NCBI GenBank assembly: GCA_964571065.1
Contig: CAZNBI010000003.1
Coordinates: 4,707 to 40,724, forward strand
Direction: 5' to 3'
DNA from: an uncultured Rhodobacterales bacterium
GTDB taxonomy: Bacteria > Pseudomonadota > Alphaproteobacteria > Puniceispirillales > GCA-002684695
Length of the DNA: 36,018 bases
The notes under the pieces are model-generated. The model had not been told where the DNA came from and did not search any database. It was given only the letters and a program-made list of their open reading frames with translations. The translations under genes were made by a program, and so were the position numbers. Position 1 is the stretch's first letter, and each line of letters starts with the position of its first letter. This document shows, in pieces, positions 9,834-18,625 of this stretch.

Positions 9834-11045
9834 ATGCTGCAAAACTTAATTTTTGATAAAAGGTTTAGATCAATATCATTTCAGATATTTCTCTTTCTTT
9901 TTGTAATATTCCTATTTTATTGGTTTGCTCAAAATGCATCAAATAATATCACTGCAAGAGGTGATAAATTTGGTTTTGATTTTCTAAATAACTCTTCAGG
10001 TTTTAGTATTTTACCTACATTAGGCACTTGGGTAATGGATTATGAGGTTGGAAAGTCAACCTACTTAGATGTTTATTTTATAGGTATTATAAATACACTT
10101 GTAATAGCTTTTACAGGTATAATTGCTACTACTTTGCTTGGTTTTATAATCGGTATTTTTAGATTGTCTAATAATATTGTTTTAAAATTCTTCTCATCTG
10201 TTTATGTTGAAATGTTTAGAAATATACCTTTGTTAATACATTTATTTTTTTGGTATTTTGCAGTCCTTAGGGCAGTGCCTGGCAAAAGAGAAAAAATAGA
10301 TGTTTTAGGTTCATATGCAGGTATAAATGTTACTGGGCTTTATATTCCCAAACCACTTTTTTTTGATGGCTCTACAATATTTTTATTTTCAATTTTAATT
10401 TCGATTGCTTTAGCTTTTTCTATGAGCTCATATACTAATAAGTTAAGAAAAGAAACTGGACAACAGCTTCCATTATTTCAAATAAATATAGGAATTATTT
10501 TCCTTATCCCAACCTTTGTATTCTTGTTTTTAACTTATCAGTCTGGGGCACCTGTTGAATTTCAAATTCCAGAATTTAAAACTGATGGGCCTAAATTAAA
10601 ACAAGGATTTGTTAAAGGCGTAGGAATGAGTGTTCATCCAGAAATGATTGCTCTTTGGCTGGCGTTGGTTTTGTATACAGCTGCATTTATAGCTGAAATA
10701 GTTAGGGCAGGAATAACAGCTATACATAAAGGGCAAACAGAAGCTTCATTGGCAACAGGAATGACAAAGAGTAATACATTGCGTCTTATTATAATTCCCC
10801 AAGCTTTAAGAGTTATAGTACCTCCTTTGACTTCACAATATTTGAATCTAACTAAAAATTCATCTTTGGCCGTAGCTATTGCTTATCCAGAATTGGTATC
10901 AGTTTTTGCAGGAACAGCTCTTAATCAAGTAGGTCGTGAAGTAGAAATGATTTTTATGATGGCTTTAGTTTACCTAACCTTCAGCTTGATAACATCTTTA
11001 TTTATGAATTGGTTTAACCATAGAATAAAATTGGTTGAGAAATAA
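9834..11045 (+). CDS. aapQ: General amino-acid ABC transporter permease (AapQ/YhdX type)
   Basis: This is a polytopic membrane protein with a HisM/GlnP-type permease core (EIVRAGITAIHKGQTEAS..GMTKSNTLRLIIIPQALRVIVPPLTSQYLNLTKNSSLA). Confidence 0.85.
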   Translation: MLQNLIFDKRFRSISFQIFLFLFVIFLFYWFAQNASNNITARGDKFGFDFLNNSSGFSILPTLGTWVMDYEVGKSTYLDVYFIGIINTLVIAFTGIIATTLLGFIIGIFRLSNNIVLKFFSSVYVEMFRNIPLLIHLFFWYFAVLRAVPGKREKIDVLGSYAGINVTGLYIPKPLFFDGSTIFLFSILISIALAFSMSSYTNKLRKETGQQLPLFQINIGIIFLIPTFVFLFLTYQSGAPVEFQIPEFKTDGPKLKQGFVKGVGMSVHPEMIALWLALVLYTAAFIAEIVRAGITAIHKGQTEASLATGMTKSNTLRLIIIPQALRVIVPPLTSQYLNLTKNSSLAVAIAYPELVSVFAGTALNQVGREVEMIFMMALVYLTFSLITSLFMNWFNHRIKLVEK

Positions 11046-12427
11046 TGGAAACTAAATATTCATTTGTCAGAAAAGATATTGTATCTGAACAACCACCCCC
11101 TTTAACACAGGTTGGCATCACTGGATGGTTATGGAGAAATCTATTTTCTTCAATGTCAAATTTTACTACTGTTACTTCCTCTGTTCAGTCAATTCTGATG
11201 ATACTTCTTACGATTTGGTTAATATATTTCTGTGGTGGGCAACTTATTTCTATAATTGATTTTGCTATACTGTCTGCAGTTTGGTCAGATCCTGATGGTT
11301 TAAAGAGGAAAGTTTGTGCAACAGTTAAGCAAGGTGGTGAACTTCCAGCTGACTGGTATGGTGCTTGTTGGCCATTTATTTTTGCTAAGAAGAAATTCCT
11401 TATTTATGGGAGAATACCAGATGAAGAATTATGGAGAGCAAATTTAGTTTACGCAGGTCTCTTTGTAGGAATGGGTTATATAATATGGGAAAAAGGGCAA
11501 GGCAGAAAATGGGTTGGTTTAGGAATGCTTACATTATTTCCTGTCATTTCACTTATATTGTTAACAGGAGCTAATTTTGATATTAGTTTTAATTTAATGT
11601 TATGGACAGGGATCCTTTTAATAATTTCATATTTAGTGGGTTACTTTTCAAGCCGAAATTATTTTGGTGAAATTTTTGAACAATTTTCGATTTTATTTAA
11701 TTTTATTGCACTGATCTTATTTTTATTTTTAGCATTGCTAATATTATTTTTTATAGATTATGGTCTTGCTCCTATTGATACATTAGATTGGGGCGGGTTA
11801 CTTCTTACATTGCTTATTGCTATTACAGGAATTGTTGCATCTCTTCCAATTGGTATTGTTTTAGCTTTAGGTAGAAGATCAAATATGCCTATTGCAAGAG
11901 TTCTATGCACCATGTTTATAGAATTTTGGAGAGGTATTCCTTTGATTACGGTTCTCTTTGCTGCTTCAGTTTTAATACCGCTTTTTTTGCCATCAGGCGC
12001 AGATGTTGACAAACTTTTAAGGGCTGTTATTGGAATAATACTATTTTCATCAGCCTATATGGCTGAAGTTATAAGAGGTGGTCTGCAAGCAATTCCAAGG
12101 GGACAATATGAGAGTGCGGCAGCTGTAGGTTTGTCTTACTCTCAATCAATGAGATTTATAATTTTACCACAAGCTTTAACACATGTGCTCCCAGGTATAG
12201 TAAATACATTTATAGGTTTATTTAAAGATACAACATTAGTTTCCATAATAGGCATCTTTGAAGTTATGGGTATATTCAGAGCTGCATCTCAAGATGCAAA
12301 TTGGGGCTCTCATGTTCAACATGCAACAAGTTACCTAGTAGCAGCGATAGTTTTCTTTGTATTTTGTTTTGGTATGTCAAGGTATTCAATATATATCGAA
12401 AATAAATTAAGTAGAGATAATAAATAA
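11045..12427 (+). CDS. aapM: General amino-acid ABC transporter permease (AapM/YhdY type)
   Basis: Its start overlaps the aapQ stop (TAATG). The permease core reads FIEFWRGIPLITVLF...EVIRGGLQAIPRGQYESAAAVGLSYSQSMRFIILPQAL. At 460 aa it is longer than the ~370-385 aa I recall for AapM/YhdY. Confidence 0.85.
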   Translation: METKYSFVRKDIVSEQPPPLTQVGITGWLWRNLFSSMSNFTTVTSSVQSILMILLTIWLIYFCGGQLISIIDFAILSAVWSDPDGLKRKVCATVKQGGELPADWYGACWPFIFAKKKFLIYGRIPDEELWRANLVYAGLFVGMGYIIWEKGQGRKWVGLGMLTLFPVISLILLTGANFDISFNLMLWTGILLIISYLVGYFSSRNYFGEIFEQFSILFNFIALILFLFLALLILFFIDYGLAPIDTLDWGGLLLTLLIAITGIVASLPIGIVLALGRRSNMPIARVLCTMFIEFWRGIPLITVLFAASVLIPLFLPSGADVDKLLRAVIGIILFSSAYMAEVIRGGLQAIPRGQYESAAAVGLSYSQSMRFIILPQALTHVLPGIVNTFIGLFKDTTLVSIIGIFEVMGIFRAASQDANWGSHVQHATSYLVAAIVFFVFCFGMSRYSIYIENKLSRDNK

Positions 12428-12445
12428 ATTTAGAGGAAATAACCA

Positions 12446-13237
12446 ATGAATGCATCACCAGTAAGAAAGACAAATACCCAATCTAAAATGACGGTTTCTG
12501 ATGAGGTTGTAATTGAAATCTCAAAGATGAATAAATGGTTTGGCCACTTTCACGTCCTGCGTGATATTGATTTGATTGTAAATAAAGGTGAAAGAATTGT
12601 TATATGTGGTCCTTCTGGATCTGGAAAATCTACTTTAATAAGATGTATTAATCGTCTTGAAGAACATCAAAAGGGCATAATTAAAGTTGACGGAGTAGAG
12701 TTGAATGATGATGTGAAAAAAATCGATAAAATTAGAAGTGAAGTAGGGATGGTTTTTCAGTCATTCAATTTGTTTCCACATCTTACAGCTCTTGAAAATT
12801 GTACTTTAGCGCCTGTTTGGGTTCGTAAACTCCCTAAAAAAGATGCAGATGAAATTGCTATGAAATATTTGGAAATTGTTAAAATCCCTGAGCAAGCTCT
12901 TAAATATCCTGGGCAACTTTCAGGTGGACAGCAGCAAAGAGTTGCAATCGCTAGGGCTCTTTGTATGGAGCCAAAAATAATGCTTTTTGATGAGCCTACA
13001 TCTGCTCTTGATCCTGAAATGATTAAAGAGGTTCTTGATACAATGATAGAACTTGCAGAAGATGGAATGACAATGATTGTTGTAACTCACGAAATGGGAT
13101 TTGCTAGTAAAGTAGCTAATAGAGTAATATTTATGGATGAAGGCCAAATCATTGAGCAAAATTCACCAAAAGAATTTTTTAACAACCCTAAGTCTGATCG
13201 TACTAAACTATTTTTAAGCCAAATTATTGATCATTAA
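12446..13237 (+). CDS. aapP: General amino-acid ABC transporter ATP-binding protein
   Basis: It has Walker [10 protein letters not shown], the signature [15 protein letters not shown], Walker [13 protein letters not shown] and the H-loop [14 protein letters not shown] lies upstream. Confidence 0.92.
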   Translation: MNASPVRKTNTQSKMTVSDEVVIEISKMNKWFGHFHVLRDIDLIVNKGERIVICGPSGSGKSTLIRCINRLEEHQKGIIKVDGVELNDDVKKIDKIRSEVGMVFQSFNLFPHLTALENCTLAPVWVRKLPKKDADEIAMKYLEIVKIPEQALKYPGQLSGGQQQRVAIARALCMEPKIMLFDEPTSALDPEMIKEVLDTMIELAEDGMTMIVVTHEMGFASKVANRVIFMDEGQIIEQNSPKEFFNNPKSDRTKLFLSQIIDH

Positions 13238-14082
13238 ACTTCAATAGGTGTATCTTTGTTGCTACCCCATTCACTCCAACTGCCATCATAAACCTTTACA
13301 TTTTCAAATCCTATCAAATGTGCAGCAATTTTTAATCCGCATGCTGTAACCCCTGATCCACAGGTCATTACAAGCTCAGATTTTTTATTATCAATACCTA
13401 GTTCGTTAAAAATTTTTTTTATTTCAAATGTAGGTTTTAAGCAGTTTGTTTTTTCATCAATTAAAGATGTTATTGGTATATTAAATGAAGATGGTATATG
13501 GCCAGACCTTACACCTGGTCTCGGTTCTTTAATTTGACCGTAAAATCTATCAGCACCTCTTGCGTCAATAATAACTCTATTTGAATTTTTGCCTAGATTG
13601 TTACTTATGTTTTCAAGTGTTTCATACAAACTGTAATCTATTTTTTTAGAAATATAATTTGTTGTATTATACTCTGATTTTTGGTGACTTATTGGCCCTT
13701 TATAATTTAACCAAGATTTTAATCCACCATCAATTATTCTTATTTTTTCATGACCAAATATTTTAAACATCCACCAAGCTCTAGCAGAAGAGAAGAAAAC
13801 ACTATTATCATATAATACAACGGTATCTTCGTTTTTAATGCCTATTTCACTTACCATAGATGAGAATTCATTCTCATTTGGAAGCATGTGTGGAAATTTT
13901 GAATGTTTATTTGAAATTTTATCTATATCAAAAAAACGCGAATTTGGAATATGCTCCTTATTAAATTCATCTAATGCATTTCTTCTAGAATTTGGCAAAT
14001 GAAAAGTTGCGTCAAGGAATATAGTATTTGGTTTTGAAAATAAGTTTTCTAAAGCAAACTTTGCTGAAATTAGATCTTGCAT
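13234..14082 (-). CDS. sseA: 3-mercaptopyruvate sulfurtransferase (tandem rhodanese domains)
   Basis: The active-site loop CGSGVTA is the MST-type CG[ST]GVT, not the rhodanese [17 protein letters not shown] and GSWSEWG are also present. The size (282 aa) fits SseA. Confidence 0.85.
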   Translation of the reverse strand: MQDLISAKFALENLFSKPNTIFLDATFHLPNSRRNALDEFNKEHIPNSRFFDIDKISNKHSKFPHMLPNENEFSSMVSEIGIKNEDTVVLYDNSVFFSSARAWWMFKIFGHEKIRIIDGGLKSWLNYKGPISHQKSEYNTTNYISKKIDYSLYETLENISNNLGKNSNRVIIDARGADRFYGQIKEPRPGVRSGHIPSSFNIPITSLIDEKTNCLKPTFEIKKIFNELGIDNKKSELVMTCGSGVTACGLKIAAHLIGFENVKVYDGSWSEWGSNKDTPIEV

Positions 14083-14171
14083 TTGACTCTCTGAAAATAA
14101 TTTGCTGGTAAATTTTAGTTTTTTAAATAAGATAAATCAGACAACTTAATAAGCAAGATATTTTATTTAAA

Positions 14172-15365
14172 ATGTTACGTAAATTTTTTTTAGTTCTGAT
14201 ATTTTTTGTATTTTCAAATCAAACCTATGCAGAGAAATTTATTGATCTTGGGCCTAGTTTAAAATTAAGTTACAAAACTGGAAATATTGACACAAATACA
14301 TTCAATGGTTTTGCATCTGATATTTCATTTTTTGATAAATTTAATAATAACGAACTCATTGGAAATGCGAAAACACTTAAAATCGAAAGCCAAAAAAATA
14401 AAGATGGGCAAGTTATTATCAATTTATTTTCATTAAGTGAAATATTTGCATATGATGATGAATTTGGATTTGAAATTGTAATTGATAAGATATCTATAAG
14501 AGACTTCAATTCAGCTATTTTAAAAGACGATTTTGCAGAAGATGGTGCAAACTACGATTTGCTAAAGCATAAAAACTTTAGTTTTAATATATCAGGAGTT
14601 AATTTTAAAAATAACGAATTTGATTTAGGAATTAAAAAAATAAGTCTTCCAAAAATTAAATATGGAAAACTATCATCAGGTGAAGAATTTGCCCAAGAGA
14701 CCTCTTTTGAAATTAAAGAAATAAGCTTTACTGCAAATCCAAGTAATATTGATTTGCTGCCACTGAATGTCATTCTAGCTTCAATTGGTCAGCAATCGCT
14801 AACCGTAGACTTAAATACTTATAGCGAAGTATTTGATAAGGGATTAATGCTGAAAATTATTTCGAAATTAGGACTAAATATTATCGGGGGAGCAGCATTG
14901 AATTTAGAATTAGATTACTCTGTGCCAATTGAAACATTTAGTTACTTTTCAAATAATCAATCTCTAATAGATGAATTACAAACCCAGAATTTTGAAAACT
15001 TAGATAATTTTAATAATGAAATACTAATGGAACTAGGTAAGATCCAAATAAATAAAGTTATCTTTCAAATTGAAGATTTAGGTGTAAGAAAACCTCTAAT
15101 TATAATGGCTGCATCTAATATGGGAATGTCAGAAGAAGATGTTATTAATATGTCAAATGAAATGATACAATCAGTTCTTTTCCCTTTTATTCCAGTTAAT
15201 GCAGAAAAATTTGCTGACAGTATATCAAAATTTGTTGAGCTAGGAGGTAAACTTACATTTAGCATCAACCCTCAAAATCCTTTGCCTATTATCTCCTCAA
15301 TGGGGTTACTCGTAATGCCTGATTTGGCTATTGAGTCATTGGGTATCAAATTGTTAGCAGAATAA
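14172..15365 (+). CDS. Hypothetical exported protein (397 aa), no family recognised
   Basis: This is a long ORF with an N-terminal signal peptide (MLRKFFLVLIFFVFSNQTYA|EK). The rest is hydrophilic with no catalytic motif I can name. Codon usage and composition match the neighbouring genes. Confidence 0.6.
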   Translation: MLRKFFLVLIFFVFSNQTYAEKFIDLGPSLKLSYKTGNIDTNTFNGFASDISFFDKFNNNELIGNAKTLKIESQKNKDGQVIINLFSLSEIFAYDDEFGFEIVIDKISIRDFNSAILKDDFAEDGANYDLLKHKNFSFNISGVNFKNNEFDLGIKKISLPKIKYGKLSSGEEFAQETSFEIKEISFTANPSNIDLLPLNVILASIGQQSLTVDLNTYSEVFDKGLMLKIISKLGLNIIGGAALNLELDYSVPIETFSYFSNNQSLIDELQTQNFENLDNFNNEILMELGKIQINKVIFQIEDLGVRKPLIIMAASNMGMSEEDVINMSNEMIQSVLFPFIPVNAEKFADSISKFVELGGKLTFSINPQNPLPIISSMGLLVMPDLAIESLGIKLLAE

Positions 15366-15366
15366 C

Positions 15367-16575
15367 TTAGTTTGAGTTTCTATGGTAATTACAGGCATCT
15401 TCTTGCATTTCCAAGTGTAATTTATCGCCAGAATATTTATTTTCACTCGCCAAATCTTCATTAAATTCAATTCCTAATCCTGGTTTGGTAGGTGAGAGAA
15501 TAAATCCATTTTCCCATTTAATAGAATTGTTGATTAATTTTAAATGGAACTCACCACCAGTAAGAATTGTTTCAGCCATTAAAATATTTGGAATATTTGT
15601 AGCAAGTTGTATATTTGCAGCCCATTCAATCGGACCAGCGTAAAGGTGAGGCGCAATTTGTGCATTAAAAACCTCAGCAATTGCGCTTATCTTTTTAGCC
15701 TCTAATATACCACCGGCGCGCCCTAATGCGGGTTGAAGAATGCTAACATTTCCTAATTTAAGTAATGCAGCAAATTCAGACTTGGTTGTGTGTCTTTCTC
15801 CAGTTGCAATTGGAATATTAACTTGTGTGGCAACTTTTTTAAATTCATCAATATTATCAGGTGGTATCGGCTCCTCAAACCACAAAAGATTAAACTCTTC
15901 TAATGCTTTGCCTAACCTGATTGCCCCTGAAGTAGTGAATTGACCATGAGTTCCAAAAAGTAAATCAGCTTTGTTTCCAACTGTTTGTCTTAAAGCTTTA
16001 CAGAATTCAATTGATAAGTTTATATCAAACATGGACGGTTGATGGCCACCACGAATAGTGTATGGACCCGCAGGATCAAATTTTATTGCAGTAAAGCCTA
16101 ACTTTAGCATTTCTTGGGCACTTTCAACTGCCATATCGGGACTAGACCAGAATTTTTTATGATCATGATGAGGTAATGGATAAAGGTATGTGTATGACCT
16201 AATTCTTTTTTGCATTGCCCCACCTAATAGTGAATAAATCGGTTTATCGCAAGACTTGCCTAAAATATCCCAGCACGCTATTTCTAAACCTGAGAATGCA
16301 CCAATAATTGTTGGGTCTGGTCTTTGAGTAAATCCACTAGAATAAACTCTTCTAAACATAAGTTCAATATTCTCAGGATTTTCTCCTTTCATATGTCTTT
16401 CAAAAATATCTTCAATAACATAAGTCATTTTTTCAGGAGAAATTGATGCTGAGTATACTTCACCATACCCAACCAAACCATTATTCGTTGTCAGCTTAAC
16501 AAAAACAAAATACTTTCCACCCCATCCAGGATGTTTGTTACCAACAATAAAAACTTTTAATTCTTTTAATTCCAT
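15367..16575 (-). CDS. Enolase-superfamily enzyme (mandelate racemase/muconate lactonizing family; sugar-acid dehydratase-like)
   Basis: The N-terminal capping domain reads MELKELKVFIVG...VFVKLTTNNGLVGYGEVY. The barrel domain carries MR/MLE signatures (AIKFDPAG, LLWFEEPIPPDN, PIATGERHTT, ILQPALGRAGGI, APH). The substrate cannot be assigned from sequence. Confidence 0.85.
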   Translation of the reverse strand: MELKELKVFIVGNKHPGWGGKYFVFVKLTTNNGLVGYGEVYSASISPEKMTYVIEDIFERHMKGENPENIELMFRRVYSSGFTQRPDPTIIGAFSGLEIACWDILGKSCDKPIYSLLGGAMQKRIRSYTYLYPLPHHDHKKFWSSPDMAVESAQEMLKLGFTAIKFDPAGPYTIRGGHQPSMFDINLSIEFCKALRQTVGNKADLLFGTHGQFTTSGAIRLGKALEEFNLLWFEEPIPPDNIDEFKKVATQVNIPIATGERHTTKSEFAALLKLGNVSILQPALGRAGGILEAKKISAIAEVFNAQIAPHLYAGPIEWAANIQLATNIPNILMAETILTGGEFHLKLINNSIKWENGFILSPTKPGLGIEFNEDLASENKYSGDKLHLEMQEDACNYHRNSN

Positions 16576-16595
16576 AAGTTAAGTAATTAAAGTTT

Positions 16596-16634
16596 ATAAA
16601 ACTTCACATTACCATTGAAGTTATATTTTTTTTT
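16596..16634 (+). other. Terminator-like hairpin plus T9 run in a divergent intergenic region; function unknown
   Basis: The stem AACTTCA (16600-16606) / TGAAGTT (16616-16622) has a 9-nt loop and can be extended by 3 AT pairs across one mismatch. A T9 run follows at 16626-16634. No plus-strand gene ends upstream of it. Confidence 0.3.
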
Positions 16635-16666
16635 ATAATATATTATTGATATAGTTTGGAAAAAAA

Positions 16667-17494
16667 ATGAATGAAAATAATATATTTTTGCCTGCAAAAC
16701 TTCCAAGTAATGAAAGTAGACGTCTAGAGGCTGTCAGAAGAACAGGTGAGTTAGATGTAGATAATAAAGATTTGTTTATTGTATTTAATGAACTGGCAAA
16801 ACAAATTTCAAATATGCCTGTCAGTTATACTGGACTTATGGATCAAGACAGACAGTTTTTTTTATGTCATATTGGTATGCCAGATGATCTCCCAGATAGT
16901 ATTCCAAGAGAATCAACATTTTGTCAATTTGCATTAGGAAGCACAAAACCTTTAATTGTTAACGATTGTAAAAATGATGAAAGATTTAAAAATCATCCAA
17001 TTGTGTGTGGTCCTCCATATGTTACTTTTTATGGAGGTTTCCCAATTATTAATGAGGCAGGATATATTTTAGGAACATTATGTGTAACAGACACAAAACA
17101 AGATGCAAATTTATCTATTAGCCAAATTGAATTACTAACAAAGTTAACTGGCCGTCTTGCGCATCAATTAGATATTCAAACACAACAAAGAGAATTTACC
17201 GCTTCAAAAACTATTGATTTATTAAATAAATCTATAAAGCATTTACCTCAATTCAATATTTCAAATCTTATCGGTTTTTTAACTGTTATAAGTGGTGGTC
17301 AAGTTGACAGAGAAACAGTTAATTTTTTAACTATGAATAAACTTTTAGATAAAAATGGTTTTTTAACTCCACTTGCAAGAAAAATACAAAAAGACCTTGG
17401 GTTTGATACAAGTGTTCATAAAAAAATTATGTTTAATAATGATGAAATATCTTCGAATTTAGATAACATGATCAGTGAACTAGAGAATTTATAA
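16667..17494 (+). CDS. Standalone GAF-domain protein with an uncharacterised ~110-aa C-terminal region
   Basis: The N-terminal ~165 aa match the GAF pattern usually seen in front of signalling output domains (ESRRLEAVRRTGELD..., FCQFAL...PLIVNDCKNDERFKNHPIV...YVTFYGGFPIINEAGYILGTLCVTD). No kinase, GGDEF or classic HTH motif follows. Confidence 0.75.
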   Translation: MNENNIFLPAKLPSNESRRLEAVRRTGELDVDNKDLFIVFNELAKQISNMPVSYTGLMDQDRQFFLCHIGMPDDLPDSIPRESTFCQFALGSTKPLIVNDCKNDERFKNHPIVCGPPYVTFYGGFPIINEAGYILGTLCVTDTKQDANLSISQIELLTKLTGRLAHQLDIQTQQREFTASKTIDLLNKSIKHLPQFNISNLIGFLTVISGGQVDRETVNFLTMNKLLDKNGFLTPLARKIQKDLGFDTSVHKKIMFNNDEISSNLDNMISELENL

Positions 17495-17838
17495 TGTATG
17501 CAGTAGTCTATCAATTTAAATTCCCGAGTATCAGTGAAGCTAAAGTCGCAGCTGGATTTTGTTCTGAATCCTTAGGCGGAAAAATTTCAGAATATGACTT
17601 TTTAGGTCTAAATATCTTAATAAGTAAAAATGGTGACTTAAATATTAATGTGAAATTTGAGGATACAAATTCTTTGAAAAAATTTGAAAATGATACAAAT
17701 AAATTATTTAATGACCTACGAAATAGTTTTGTTTTTAAGGAGACTAAATTTGCAGGTGTTTATGCTTATTCATTCGAAAAAGAAGCTGTTTCAACTGAAA
17801 TTCAGCTAACTGGACCTGCATATATTAAAAATAACTAA
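17494..17838 (+). CDS. Hypothetical small protein (114 aa), possibly a ferredoxin-like/ABM-like alpha+beta fold
   Basis: The start is translationally coupled to the GAF gene (TAATG at 17492-17496). The residue pattern resembles the 101-aa ORF at 18288-18593 (see findings). The fold assignment is a guess from the strand/helix pattern only. Confidence 0.55.
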   Translation: MYAVVYQFKFPSISEAKVAAGFCSESLGGKISEYDFLGLNILISKNGDLNINVKFEDTNSLKKFENDTNKLFNDLRNSFVFKETKFAGVYAYSFEKEAVSTEIQLTGPAYIKNN

Positions 17839-18018
17839 CTATTAAATCTTTAATTTCTTTAGCCGTAATATATATATATTTTAATAAATACATAGTATTT
17901 GTTGACATTATGATAAAATAATTCAAATGTATCTATGCAAAGACGTAAAATTGATTGCATTAAATTAAAAATTGGAATGGTCTCGTCTTCATTCTAATGA
18001 AATTGGAGACATAAATAA
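17839..18018 (+). promoter_or_regulatory. Promoter region plus long 5' leader of cspA, with competing stem options
   Basis: This 180-nt spacer is long for this window. AAGACG (17940-17945) can pair with CGTCTT (17984-17989), or GAATG (17975-17979) can pair with CATTC (17990-17994). The direct repeat AAATTGGA occurs at 17969-17976 and 18000-18007, and the second copy contains the SD GGAG. Confidence 0.4.
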
Positions 18019-18228
18019 ATGGCAACAGGCACTGTTAAATGGTTTAATCCACGTAAAGGCTATGGTTTTATTGAACCTGAAGGTGGTGATAATGACGTGT
18101 TTGTACATATTTCCGCTGTTCAGAATTCAGGATTGGATCTTCTAAAAGAAGGTCAAAAGGTTGAATTTACGCTAGAAGAACAGAAAAATGGAAAAAGTGC
18201 GGCTGAAAATTTAAAAATCGTTGAATAA
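18019..18228 (+). CDS. cspA: Cold-shock-domain protein (CspA family)
   Basis: The sequence [34 protein letters not shown] carries the RNP1 (KGYGFI) and RNP2 (VFVHI) motifs. It is 69 aa, with the SD GGAG 8 nt upstream. Confidence 0.95.
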   Translation: MATGTVKWFNPRKGYGFIEPEGGDNDVFVHISAVQNSGLDLLKEGQKVEFTLEEQKNGKSAAENLKIVE

Positions 18229-18287
18229 ACTTTTCATTTTATAATAAATTATATTTAATAACCCATACAAACAATTTTTATGGGTAA

Positions 18288-18593
18288 CTATGATTGTTTT
18301 ACGTGAGTATCTGATAAAAGCTTTCCTCTAACCGAAGTCATTTTATGTGTAAAAGCATTTTTATGAATTTCGGTGTAGTTTTTTAGTGCGTCTATAACTT
18401 TTTTTTGAATTGTTTCCTCATTATATTCAAAAACAATCAATCTTGTTACTTCTCCTGATAAATAGCACCTAACACGATCGCACCCATTATCTAAAGCTAT
18501 TTTTTCCATCATATTTTCAGCTAGGGCTTGCGAAGCTATAGCCTCAGATGAATTAATATATGTAACTGTTATTATGCTGACATATTTTGACAT
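18288..18593 (-). CDS. Hypothetical small protein (101 aa), probable paralogue of the 17494-17838 product
   Basis: This ORF is convergent with cspA. It has the same length class as the 114-aa ORF and shares pattern elements with it (early S-SEA, central hydrophobic strand ..I.V.F/E.., late F..K.T...G). Confidence 0.55.
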   Translation of the reverse strand: MSKYVSIITVTYINSSEAIASQALAENMMEKIALDNGCDRVRCYLSGEVTRLIVFEYNEETIQKKVIDALKNYTEIHKNAFTHKMTSVRGKLLSDTHVKQS

Positions 18594-18625
18594 AATATAA
18601 TTTATATAAAATTTTAGAAAAAATA

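Noticed and set aside
17902-17935. A consensus -35 hexamer TTGACA (17902-17907) lies upstream of cspA.
   Set aside because: No acceptable -10 hexamer lies at 16-19 nt; the nearest TATCTA is 22 nt away. I therefore do not call a promoter from this alone.
17977-17997. A six-codon upstream ORF (ATG GTC TCG TCT TCA TTC TAA, MVSSSF) lies in the cspA leader.
   Set aside because: Its GGA is only 1 nt from the ATG, so it has no usable SD spacing. The ORF is too short to evaluate, and the sequence is more economically explained as part of the leader stems.
18261-18285. A hairpin ACCCATA / TATGGGT between convergent cspA and the 101-aa ORF looked like a possible bidirectional terminator.
   Set aside because: The stem is 7 bp with an 11-nt loop, and no T-run follows on the plus strand. 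Only a mixed A/T stretch follows on the minus strand, so the evidence is too weak to call.
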